Source: an uncultured Hyphomicrobiales bacterium (GTDB taxonomy: Bacteria; Bacteroidota; Ignavibacteria; Kapaibacteriales; UBA2268). From it: 64,000 nucleotides of DNA. The notes beneath the pieces were generated by a model that had not been told where the DNA came from, did not search any database, and saw only the letters and a program-made list of their open reading frames with translations. Where the stretch lies: positions 135,932 through 199,931 of the forward strand of contig CAZWLN010000001.1 of the NCBI GenBank assembly GCA_964634885.1, given 5' to 3'. Below, one piece after another: positions 52,201 to 60,785 of the stretch; position 1 is the first letter of the stretch; each line of letters starts with the position of its first letter. Both the position numbers and the translations under genes were made by a program.

Positions 52201-52637
52201 AAGTGAGGAAGTACGATTTCAGCGACAAAAACGGCAGCTACATCATGGACGGCCTACCCGAAGGAGCCTATGATGTAATCGCTGACAAAGTCGGCTACGA
52301 ACTCAGCCAGGACAACATCAATGTTGACGGGGACACGGAAAACGATGTCGAATTGATACCCTGGGAAGAAACAGGCGTCGAAGATGAGTTATTTGTCTCC
52401 CGGCCTTTGTTCCGGCCCAATCCTGCAACAGACGCCCTGATGATCTTCATCGACAGTCGCGGTTTTCCCGTACATGCCAGTCTCAGCGATGTTCACGGCA
52501 GGCTCCTGTCTGAGTTTACAAGCGAACCCGTCAGTTCTGTCCTGAAACTCGACATTGCCGGGCTTGTACCCGGAACATATTATGTCCGCCTGAATTATGG
52601 AAATATGGTTGGAATACTGTCTTTTATAGCATTGTAG
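49260..52637 (+). CDS. Large secreted surface protein with carboxypeptidase-regulatory-like domains and T9SS CTD
   Basis: Signal peptide MKLLYSSVLLMLAATISYSA. GGGAG RBS upstream. CarbopepD_reg-like VQGTVRS...ASVEFTNTSDNTVKSAVTDATGTYSL. C-terminal RPNPATDALMIFI...GTYYVRL sorting domain. Confidence 0.65.
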   Translation: MKLLYSSVLLMLAATISYSATFYSINSGSWENPYSWSNESHYGKPAGTYPNSISDTVYIDNKNIISFYTKSVTVAKLSINNGALYVEASNNKKLTITNYLYVGQNGTFRRNAGTGSIGIDTLAVAGTIENRSTLSNIISLYNTASDQMMLSFEGNTSSIITGEGNWLAPNVRINKTYGLKDTVTNNSKSFSNNLSAQIDAYLVSLSVLSGVYYHNNSAALSLSPDDADGYTLGKNSGLFISQGTINCGVSIVMGDSASFSLTGGIVNIGASKDQNLLYGIDNYMKVSGGELHVAGVFAQNKSNSSVNFVMSGGIMEVMKYGVSISNIKPSFSINASSVFTRNFDDNPAEDQSRIIIAGQHSGGALSYSVQTSNYDIKGGTVQFGVEGNYLNSKFQDFTISTIAPNWNIDIVETRYSTTAFGALIQMTSQMRVLNKLDIRANGAFDLNCNNLIMEGMFFNYGRFTPDGEGNNTTGLKKVTFIGTAEQKIQWDNPVVNKQGTGTVNNEPFYDVEINKTGGSLYLSPGANNDIVIRNSLVFTSANTVPINGRTYDKYVEMRPVNTGDKGTITRSGKGHIDGRLRLPVSDTSQALIFFVGAGTDYTPVRLDFNGSGSNTGKIEVCSNPVHPASLQANGLNIDTNKSVKRYWNVQAVDNYNLGSRTFDLTLQFVTAKDIRNGADWNNFRQFDCSQAPYLMLTEGTKSNMLNQSLGNVAFGNFFIAEEPIPVIAVQGTVRSQATKTPIANASVEFTNTSDNTVKSAVTDATGTYSLNLDEGSQYIARASSGTQYIPVYYNGTQNITEAEPVVANANLGTVDFLLKAVPTANNSIAGRVVDKSNTAVPASVVAYLIKADNYDITAQYEARTYEAIAGKGVFQISGLSPGRYVLQAVPVSPSLVPGYYLKSNFAVFSWLNATVIEIKEDTKSIGNVIKLMDLSAATGTGSIHGTIIGEELKVVAFFSDVPNAKKSVSGAMTFTVDENDKVRKYDFSDKNGSYIMDGLPEGAYDVIADKVGYELSQDNINVDGDTENDVELIPWEETGVEDELFVSRPLFRPNPATDALMIFIDSRGFPVHASLSDVHGRLLSEFTSEPVSSVLKLDIAGLVPGTYYVRLNYGNMVGILSFIAL

Positions 52638-52666
52638 TATAAAAGAGATACAATTGTGGAATAATC

Positions 52667-54595
52667 CTACTCTACAGTCAACGCTGTTTTGTATTTCGCC
52701 GACAGAGTCTTAGCGGCTTTCCGGGCATCTTCGAGTTTGGAATAGCCCCAGAGTTTGACTTTGTAGTAGGGTATGTCTCCCTGCATATAGCGGTCAAAGT
52801 ATGCTTTCTGCCCGCGTTTCTCCCATTTGTATATCAGGTCGAAAGCGTCTGTTTCACTCTTAGCGTCTTCCGCATAAATCTCATAGGGAAGTATCGATGG
52901 GTCGAGCCACCTGATTTCTACCCGGCGGTTGTAAAACTCCTGCCAGGGGTTTTGTATGAACAGGAAATTGGGTTTCGCTGAACCTTCATCTTTAAGTTTT
53001 ACCTGATCGGGATTGACACCGTGGTCCACCAGCTTCTTTCGTGCTTCTTCCGCGCGGCGCATGGAGAGGTCTTTGCCGAAGCCGGTAGTACCTTCGTCAA
53101 AGGAATGGCCAGTGAGTTGAATTTCGCTTTGGGGATTGTCCTGAAGAATTTTCGCCAGAGACTCGAAAATAATGTTGAAATCAGGGTTGATTTTGAAGCT
53201 GTTTTTCTCGAATGTACAAAGTGACTGCGGGAAAGAAAATTTACCGTAAGGCTTTAAAACCGTATTGAGTTTCTCCGTTAACTTAAAGTCGCCAATGTTG
53301 GCGAATATATTGGTCGTCATCTCAAGACATTCATTGGAATTGGTAGTATTGGGGAGTTTCAATTCATAATAGTATCTCAGCGACAGAGAAATCTCGGTAA
53401 GAATATCAGAGATGTTTTCCAGTTCATCGTCGAACAGGAAGTAAAGCCTCCCGCCGGTAAGGTCCGTGAGGTATTTGAGGTAATAGCTGCGGACAGCGCT
53501 GCCGAGGGCAATTACATATACCGGGATATCGTTGTCCCTGGCATATTGAGCACAGTCGTTGATGTCGAAAGAGATCGAAGAATTGTCGTCGTAGTATGTC
53601 AGGATGATGAGTGCTTTAGTTTTATTCCTGCCGTTCTTCAGGCTGTTGACGGCGTTGAGAGAAGCCCTGTACAAGCCGTTGAGCGTTCCGGTATTGTCGG
53701 GTATCGACAGGGCAGAGAGCTTCTTGACGGCATCCTCACAGGGCGAAAGGCCTAACTCGCCGCCGTAGTTCTGGTTGAAGAACGAAAAAGAGATGTTGTC
53801 GCCTGGGAAAAGCCTCGAAAAGAATTCCCTGATGTAGAACAGGACCATCTGGTTGCTTTGTGCAACGGCCGAATTGTCGAGAATGATGCTAAGGTCGGCA
53901 TTATCGGGGCTAATCGAGTCGTAATTCTCTGATTTTACAAGGTCTTCGAAGAATATGTTAAAGTTGTCGCATTTATTTTCGGCGTTAATAATGAACTTAT
54001 CTTTATTTTTTTTAATGGCGTTATGGAGGTGGTTCCCGTACTGGTCGAGCAGCACAAACCGGACGGCAATCTCCTTGTCGCCGGTTCCGTAGATTGTCCT
54101 CATTACCTTGAAAGTAACAGGGGAGAAGGATGTCCTGCTGTCGTCCAGACCAATGAAATAATCTGTGTTTGACATGGAAGGCGTCAGTTTTATCTGCTGA
54201 ACATTGCCTTTTCTTTTTACGGCCTCGTCTTTGCGTACTTCGGAAAGGCCTTTGTATCCGTCAGGTTCATTTTCACCCCGCATACTGACAATGCAGGTAT
54301 TGATCAATGAATCGACATCACCCTGATATGCAATTACATTGTACTTCATCGGATTGTCAACCCTTACCATAAGAGAATCGGTTGGTTTGAACCAGGTGTC
54401 GATGCCCTTGACCCTGACTCTGTCGGCATTGTCGAAACTCCACTTAATGGTTGCCGTCGAATCTTTTCCTGCAACCAGCTTATTTGGAAAATACCTGACA
54501 GTGATGGGTAATGGTGCACATGATACGACATAAAGGGCTATTATTAACCAGAGATATAGTCTATGGTTAATCCTATCGTACTTTTTTTCACACAT
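52667..54595 (-). CDS. Lipoprotein with VWA-like, OmpA-like and C-terminal SPOR-like domains
   Basis: Lipobox ...VVSC. OmpA signature NRRVEI. C-terminal YYKVKLWGYSKLEDARKAAKTL resembles SPOR. Confidence 0.55.
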   Translation of the reverse strand: MCEKKYDRINHRLYLWLIIALYVVSCAPLPITVRYFPNKLVAGKDSTATIKWSFDNADRVRVKGIDTWFKPTDSLMVRVDNPMKYNVIAYQGDVDSLINTCIVSMRGENEPDGYKGLSEVRKDEAVKRKGNVQQIKLTPSMSNTDYFIGLDDSRTSFSPVTFKVMRTIYGTGDKEIAVRFVLLDQYGNHLHNAIKKNKDKFIINAENKCDNFNIFFEDLVKSENYDSISPDNADLSIILDNSAVAQSNQMVLFYIREFFSRLFPGDNISFSFFNQNYGGELGLSPCEDAVKKLSALSIPDNTGTLNGLYRASLNAVNSLKNGRNKTKALIILTYYDDNSSISFDINDCAQYARDNDIPVYVIALGSAVRSYYLKYLTDLTGGRLYFLFDDELENISDILTEISLSLRYYYELKLPNTTNSNECLEMTTNIFANIGDFKLTEKLNTVLKPYGKFSFPQSLCTFEKNSFKINPDFNIIFESLAKILQDNPQSEIQLTGHSFDEGTTGFGKDLSMRRAEEARKKLVDHGVNPDQVKLKDEGSAKPNFLFIQNPWQEFYNRRVEIRWLDPSILPYEIYAEDAKSETDAFDLIYKWEKRGQKAYFDRYMQGDIPYYKVKLWGYSKLEDARKAAKTLSAKYKTALTVE

Positions 54596-54624
54596 CAGTA
54601 TCTCAATTTATTATTCAAATATCA

Positions 54625-55971
54625 TTAATTCTTTTTAGCAAAGATAAAACCGCCATACTCATTAGAGTCAACGATTATTTTGTCACCGCTAACAAATTCC
54701 GAAGCTAACAATTTTAATGCCAAAGGGTCGGCGATGTGCCTCTGGATGGCTCTCTTCAAAGGCCGGGCCCCGTATTGGGAATCATAGCCAATCTTTGCAA
54801 GCCATTCGAGGGCAGCTTCTGTAAATTCAAGGCTGATGGCGCTTTTGTTGAGCCTTGCTTTAAGCATATCAAGCTGTAAACGGGCAATACTGAATATCTC
54901 GGTATTTGTCAACGGTTTAAACAGTATTATCTCATCGACGCGGTTCAGGAACTCGGGTTTCATCTTTTTACGGACCATCTCCACGATCTTCACCCTGAGG
55001 TCTGCCATTATGCCGCTCCTGTTTTCGTCGGTAATCTCACTGAGCGAATCCTGTATTATCTCAGTACCTAAATTGGAGGTCATAATTATTATTGTATTCT
55101 TAAAATTGACAACCCTGCCTTTACTGTCGGTCAACCTTCCGTCGTCCAATACCTGGAGGAGGATGCTGAAGACTTCGGGATGGGCTTTTTCGATCTCGTC
55201 GAGCAGTACGACGGAGTATGGCCTGTTCCTGACAGCCTCCGTCAACTGGCCGCCTTCTTCATATCCTACATAGCCGGGAGGAGCGCCAATCAACCTCGAC
55301 ACAGAGAATTTCTCCATGTATTCGCTCATGTCGATACGGATGAGTGAATTCTCGTCGTCGAAAAGGAATTCAGCCAGCGCTCTTGCCATCTCGGTTTTAC
55401 CTACGCCTGTAGTACCGATGAATATGAAAACACCGATTGGCCTGTTCTCATCCTGCAAACCGGCACGGCTGCGCCTGATGGCGTTGGCTACAGAAGTAAC
55501 GGCTTCATTCTGGCCGATGAGCCTCTGGTGTATGCGCTCTTCCATCCTGACAAGCTTAATCCTTTCGGATTCGAGCATCCGGCTTACCGGAATCCCGGTC
55601 CATTTGGATACGACATCGGCAATTTCATCCGCATCTATCTCTTCTTTCAGCATCTTTCCTGTCTTTTGCAATTCACGAAGCTTGTCGTTCGTGTCCTTCA
55701 TCTTTTGTTCAAGTTGGAGAATTGTCCCATATCTGATCTCAGCTACTTTTGCCAGTTCCCCTTTTCGTTCGTGTTCGTCTGCGTCGGTCTTTGCCTGCTC
55801 GATGAGTGCCTTGGTATCCCTAATCGTCCTAATCAGGTTCTTTTCCTTTTCCCAGCGTTCACTGAGCTGAGCGCTTTCTCTTTTCAGCCCTTCCAGTTCC
55901 TTTTCGATCTCGGATATTCTTTTTCTGGTTGCTTCATTATTATTTTCTTCACTCATCGCCGCCTCGTGCAT
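54625..55971 (-). CDS. Stand-alone ClpB-like AAA+ ATPase (M-domain coiled coil + NBD2 only, no N-domain or NBD1)
   Basis: Walker A GTTGVGKTE. Sensor and arginine-finger region. VVLLDEIEKAH Walker B. ClpB D2-small domain. No upstream partner ORF. Confidence 0.7.
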   Translation of the reverse strand: MHEAAMSEENNNEATRKRISEIEKELEGLKRESAQLSERWEKEKNLIRTIRDTKALIEQAKTDADEHERKGELAKVAEIRYGTILQLEQKMKDTNDKLRELQKTGKMLKEEIDADEIADVVSKWTGIPVSRMLESERIKLVRMEERIHQRLIGQNEAVTSVANAIRRSRAGLQDENRPIGVFIFIGTTGVGKTEMARALAEFLFDDENSLIRIDMSEYMEKFSVSRLIGAPPGYVGYEEGGQLTEAVRNRPYSVVLLDEIEKAHPEVFSILLQVLDDGRLTDSKGRVVNFKNTIIIMTSNLGTEIIQDSLSEITDENRSGIMADLRVKIVEMVRKKMKPEFLNRVDEIILFKPLTNTEIFSIARLQLDMLKARLNKSAISLEFTEAALEWLAKIGYDSQYGARPLKRAIQRHIADPLALKLLASEFVSGDKIIVDSNEYGGFIFAKKN

Positions 55972-56172
55972 AAATTCCTTTTAAATACCACAACTTTTAT
56001 ATATCTTAATAATAATTAACATAAATAATATTGTTTTGAAATAATTAAAAAAAATTATGATTTAATGTATCTAAATATAATCGGAAATCAAAGAAAATTA
56101 TTTTCATACATTATTATTTTCATTGAATATTTAGTATATTGGGTTTTTAAAATGATTTCATCGGGAAGAACA

Positions 56173-56850
56173 ATGAAAAAGGGATTACTCCTCATAATGT
56201 TATTATTAACAGTTGAGACTGTTATTATGCATTCACAGGAGCTGCAATACACTCCCTCCGTCAGTATGGGTGATGTCGAAGCAGGCAGCGGATGCAAAAC
56301 CGTAGTGGTCCATTTCGTCAATACCTCAAACCATACTATTACGCTGAATGATATAACAGCTGTCAAGCCTTTTGTTACTGTCGGTGCATCATCCCTGGCA
56401 ATAGCTGCCGGAGCGACGGCAGGCATTGCAATTACATTCAATCCTGACGGCTTAGCTGGTGTTGTTAACAACGCTGTCCGCTTTCATACATCCACGGGTC
56501 CGGACCGGCCCTCGTATATTCGAATACAAGCAGTAGTCCGTACCCCGGTTGAGATCAGGCCGGTAAAACATTACTCTGCATTTTTAACCGCTACTCTTAA
56601 TACCTATGAATTCGAGATTGTGAACCGAACTAATGAATCCATCAGAATAAATGAATTTAAAGTTGAACCTGAGAGAATAACCGTGTTCGACCGGGAACCT
56701 TTTTCTTTGGCCCCGGGTGAAACTAAGAGGGTAAGCGTGGAAATCATACCCGACGAAGCGAAATCACTGATGTTGTCTCTCAGGCTGAAAACTTCCCTGG
56801 GCGTGTGCCCGGAAGTCTTTTGTTCATTGCCATTGAGGCCCTTAGAATAA
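56173..56850 (+). CDS. Hypothetical secreted protein with two Ig-like beta-sandwich domains
   Basis: Signal peptide MKKGLLLIMLLLTVETVIMHSQ. GGGAAG RBS 5 nt upstream. Confidence 0.5.
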   Translation: MKKGLLLIMLLLTVETVIMHSQELQYTPSVSMGDVEAGSGCKTVVVHFVNTSNHTITLNDITAVKPFVTVGASSLAIAAGATAGIAITFNPDGLAGVVNNAVRFHTSTGPDRPSYIRIQAVVRTPVEIRPVKHYSAFLTATLNTYEFEIVNRTNESIRINEFKVEPERITVFDREPFSLAPGETKRVSVEIIPDEAKSLMLSLRLKTSLGVCPEVFCSLPLRPLE

Positions 56851-56868
56851 TACTATGGCAGGTGTAAT

Positions 56869-59800
56869 ATGAAAAACACAATAATGATTGTCAGGCTGTT
56901 TATACTTTATATGCTCTTCTGCGCTGTTGCTTCCGCACAACTCGTCGTTGACAACAGTATGTCGTCCAAACCGGAAAAGCTGATGAAAAAGTATTTTCTC
57001 GGAGAAGGGGTAGATATAATAAACATATCCTATTTCGGCAGCTCCAATCCTTTTTACCCGTCAATCGGGTACTTTGACGGTTCAGGGTCCAACATCGGGA
57101 TCAATTTCGGTATCCTGATCAATACAGGGGCCATCTGGGAAGCCGTTGGGCCGAACAGGTACTACGACGTAAGCAACCCTTACTTTGCCAACAGGATAGG
57201 TGACAGAGACCTTACGAGGATCATCAGGACCGAAACCTATGATGCCACTTCCATAGTAATAGATTTTAAACCTGTTAACAGGAAAATGGAATTCAAATAT
57301 GTCTTTGGCTCTGATGAATACGAAGAATTTGTATGTAGTGAATTTAACGACGCTTTTGCTTTTCTTGTTTCCGGGCCAGGCATCGATGGTGTAATCAATA
57401 TTGCCAGAGTACCTGACTCCGATGACATTGTTTCTATCAATACTATTAATAACGGCTGCCACAACGCCAGGCGCGACTCAACAGACTGGTGCGGCATTCT
57501 GCCGGTACCATGCTACCCCATGAACAGCAGTTACTATATTAATAATGAATTCGGCCAGACTATAGAATATGACGGTTTTACCCAGGTACTGACAGCAAAA
57601 ATCGACAGCCTGACCCCCGGAGAAACTTACAGGATGAAGATCGTAATTGCCGACGCATCCGATGGCTTATATAATTCGGGGGTGTTTCTCGTCGGCGGCA
57701 GTTTTTACGGCAATCATACACTGGACTTTTCAGGCATGTGTATGTTCGACACAATTTATTTTACTTCAGATGTTACCCGGAATGCCACTTTATGGGAATG
57801 GGACTTCGGGGACGGAGAAAAGTCCAATTTGGAAAACCCGGTCCATTATTACCGGACACCGGGCGATTACAAAGTAACGCTCATCGTTGTCTATCCGGAC
57901 ATTACGGCTCCCGACACCCTTGTCAGGTATATCTACATCAATGAGCCAAAAGCCGATTTTTCTTATTCAAGAGAAAAGAAGGCGGGGACACAGATAAGTT
58001 TCACAGATAATTCCCTGGTAATTAACGGCGAAATCGATTCGTGGGAATGGGACTTTGGCGACGGCGGCACTTCAACGGAGCAAAATCCGGTATATAATTA
58101 CGGTGATTTGTTCAGTCATAATGTCAGGCTCATCATTACTACCGAAAATGGCTGTCAGGACACTATCTACAAAACTTTGGAACCGGGCACTATCATGACT
58201 GCCGCAGATACTTCATGTATCGGCGATCCCGTGAGCTTCCGTATCTTATCGGGCAGGCAGGTAACAGGATGTGATTGGGCATTCGGAGACGGGGAGGCCT
58301 CCACCGACAGCATGCCTATACACTATTACACCAACCCCGGGATTTATGACGCTCAGGTGATTGTTACTTTTAACAATTCAACCAAGGATACACTGCTTCA
58401 TACCATTTCCATATCAGACGTTACGGCCGACTTTGAATACGACCTGAACAGCCTCGTGTCCGCCTCTTTCACCGACAGGTCCTTTGCTGATAACGACACA
58501 ATCACTTCCCGTACTTGGTCATTCGGCGACGGGCAGGCTTCGGCTGAACTCAACCCGGTTCACGATTACTCTTCAGCCGGAACATACAAAGTACTTTTAA
58601 TCGTTGAGTCAGCTAACGGATGCTTAGACACTCTTGAGAAAACCATTACCCTTCCGTACAACGTTATGACAATAGACGGAAGTTGTGCCAAACAGGCAGT
58701 ATATTTTAGTATTGCATCTACCTGGACCAACTATTCTGTACATTGGGATTTCGGTGACGGAGGAAGCTCGGACGAAAACAATCCCGTTTACTATTATTCT
58801 GCACCTGGTACCTATAAGGTAACCGCCATCGTTGATAATACCGACGACATGACTCACGATACCCTTACCCAATCCGTTGAAATCTTCGGCGTAAAAGCTG
58901 CCTGTGAAATAAAAAACGGAAGCGGGGCCAACCCCGAATTCCTATTCTACGACAAATCCACTTACACTGGCGATCCGATTGTTTCCTGGTACTGGAATTT
59001 CGGCGACGGCAATGTCTCTTCACAACAGAACACCGTTCACCAGTATGCCTCGATCGGTACCTACAAAGTGACGCTGATTGTAATGACGGAAAATGGCTGC
59101 AGGGATACCTTGGTTACAGATTTGGACGTTAGTTCCTACTCCAATAAATTGCTGATAGAAACCGAATGTGCCGGCATTCCCTGTGATTTCGATGTGGAGA
59201 CATACTGGGACATCGCTTCCTGCAAATGGGATTTTGGCGACGGAAGCACCTCTGATCAGAAAATAACCGAACATATTTATTACCCGGGCGGCGATTATAG
59301 TATCAGGGCTATTATTGCAGATAAAAACGGGAAACAGGACACTCTCGACAGTACCGTAAGGATTGACCAGGCTTTGGCCGATTTCTCCTATCATAAAGAC
59401 AAAAGTTTCAGCCTTGAAACCAATTTCACGGACCAGTCAACTTCATTGTTCTCCAATATCATAGCCTGGTTCTGGGATTTCGGGGACGGATCGCGCTCTA
59501 AACTGCAAAATCCAAGCCATACCTATGCCGACAACAAAAGTAAAAAAGTCTATCTGATTATAACAAATGAAAATGGCTGCCAGGATACCATGATAAAAAT
59601 TCTTAACCGAATCGAAGTGTCCCAGAATTGCGCAGGAAAGGTATCTTATTTCTTCTATCAGACTGACTGGCCCAATTCATCATGTGAATGGGACTTCGGC
59701 GACGGTACCGGTTCCACTGAAAAATCTCCGGAACACACATACAACACTCCCGGAGACTACACAGTCAGAGCCATTATTAAAAACACAGGCAGCAGTGAAC

Positions 59801-60774
59801 TCGACACCATCATCCAGATTGTAAACATTGCCGGAGCCAAAGCCGACTTTCTACCGACTGCAGTGTCTGGTTCTTTCCTGTACCGCTTCCAGGACATCAG
59901 TACAGTCTTTAACGGAACCATTACCGCCTGGTACTGGAATTTCGGGGACGGATCCGTCAGTTCTGACCAGAACCCTGAACATGAATACCAGGAATACGGC
60001 AATTTCAAAGTAACATTAATAATTACTACTGATTACGGCTGCCAGGATACTGTGAGGAAACTGATAAACAATTACGGAAGAGCCTCTTGTACCGTAACAA
60101 TGCCAGATACCTGCCTGAACACTGGCGACACTCTGCTCTTGCCTCTCTTCCTCGACAGCCAGTCCTATCTTACTCCCAATGAGAACTTTTCATTCGAAGC
60201 GAAGATAAGATTCGACAAGTCCGTCCTGCTTCCTTTACCCGACAACAGCCATCAATATAGTTTTGAAGGCGATGACTGCATTCTGACGGTTACAGGTACA
60301 AGAAACAGCCAATTAGCAGATTACAGGGGTAAAAAAGTCCTTGCCTGGCTCAGACTGTTTGTCTTGCTGGGCAGCAGGGAAAACATAGATATTCAGATCG
60401 ACAGTTTCAAATGGACAGACGGCTACGACTCAGACATCACTACCGACAATTCCACTTTCTGTGTACTGGACCTATGTAAGGCGGCAGGAACAAGATTGTA
60501 CTTCGGGACAGGTTCTGTGGCGCTGATGGAACCCAGGCCCAATCCTGCCAGCGACGCCGTCGAAATTGAGTACGAAGTCGTCGGGGACGGCAAAGCCGAT
60601 TTGTTCATCTGTGACATGACCGGTAAACAGGTAGCGGTACTTGTGGACAACACAGTCCCGGCAGGAAGGTATTCAATCAGCTACCGGACTTCGGGCCTGC
60701 CTTCAGGTGTATATTATATTACCCTGAAAACGTTGTCGGAAACCGTCACTAAAAAGTTCAGTATAGTAAAATAA
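56869..60774 (+). CDS. Giant secreted adhesin-like protein: N-terminal choice-of-anchor-L-like domain, ~9 PKD repeats, T9SS CTD
   Basis: Repeated WEWDFGDG / WSFGDG / WNFGDG PKD signatures about 85-95 aa apart. GSDEYEEFVCSEFNDAFAFLVSGPG block. C-terminal RPNPASDAVEIEYEV...GVYYITLKT. Confidence 0.75.
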   Translation: MKNTIMIVRLFILYMLFCAVASAQLVVDNSMSSKPEKLMKKYFLGEGVDIINISYFGSSNPFYPSIGYFDGSGSNIGINFGILINTGAIWEAVGPNRYYDVSNPYFANRIGDRDLTRIIRTETYDATSIVIDFKPVNRKMEFKYVFGSDEYEEFVCSEFNDAFAFLVSGPGIDGVINIARVPDSDDIVSINTINNGCHNARRDSTDWCGILPVPCYPMNSSYYINNEFGQTIEYDGFTQVLTAKIDSLTPGETYRMKIVIADASDGLYNSGVFLVGGSFYGNHTLDFSGMCMFDTIYFTSDVTRNATLWEWDFGDGEKSNLENPVHYYRTPGDYKVTLIVVYPDITAPDTLVRYIYINEPKADFSYSREKKAGTQISFTDNSLVINGEIDSWEWDFGDGGTSTEQNPVYNYGDLFSHNVRLIITTENGCQDTIYKTLEPGTIMTAADTSCIGDPVSFRILSGRQVTGCDWAFGDGEASTDSMPIHYYTNPGIYDAQVIVTFNNSTKDTLLHTISISDVTADFEYDLNSLVSASFTDRSFADNDTITSRTWSFGDGQASAELNPVHDYSSAGTYKVLLIVESANGCLDTLEKTITLPYNVMTIDGSCAKQAVYFSIASTWTNYSVHWDFGDGGSSDENNPVYYYSAPGTYKVTAIVDNTDDMTHDTLTQSVEIFGVKAACEIKNGSGANPEFLFYDKSTYTGDPIVSWYWNFGDGNVSSQQNTVHQYASIGTYKVTLIVMTENGCRDTLVTDLDVSSYSNKLLIETECAGIPCDFDVETYWDIASCKWDFGDGSTSDQKITEHIYYPGGDYSIRAIIADKNGKQDTLDSTVRIDQALADFSYHKDKSFSLETNFTDQSTSLFSNIIAWFWDFGDGSRSKLQNPSHTYADNKSKKVYLIITNENGCQDTMIKILNRIEVSQNCAGKVSYFFYQTDWPNSSCEWDFGDGTGSTEKSPEHTYNTPGDYTVRAIIKNTGSSELDTIIQIVNIAGAKADFLPTAVSGSFLYRFQDISTVFNGTITAWYWNFGDGSVSSDQNPEHEYQEYGNFKVTLIITTDYGCQDTVRKLINNYGRASCTVTMPDTCLNTGDTLLLPLFLDSQSYLTPNENFSFEAKIRFDKSVLLPLPDNSHQYSFEGDDCILTVTGTRNSQLADYRGKKVLAWLRLFVLLGSRENIDIQIDSFKWTDGYDSDITTDNSTFCVLDLCKAAGTRLYFGTGSVALMEPRPNPASDAVEIEYEVVGDGKADLFICDMTGKQVAVLVDNTVPAGRYSISYRTSGLPSGVYYITLKTLSETVTKKFSIVK

Positions 60775-60785
60775 CGGGGTAGAGT

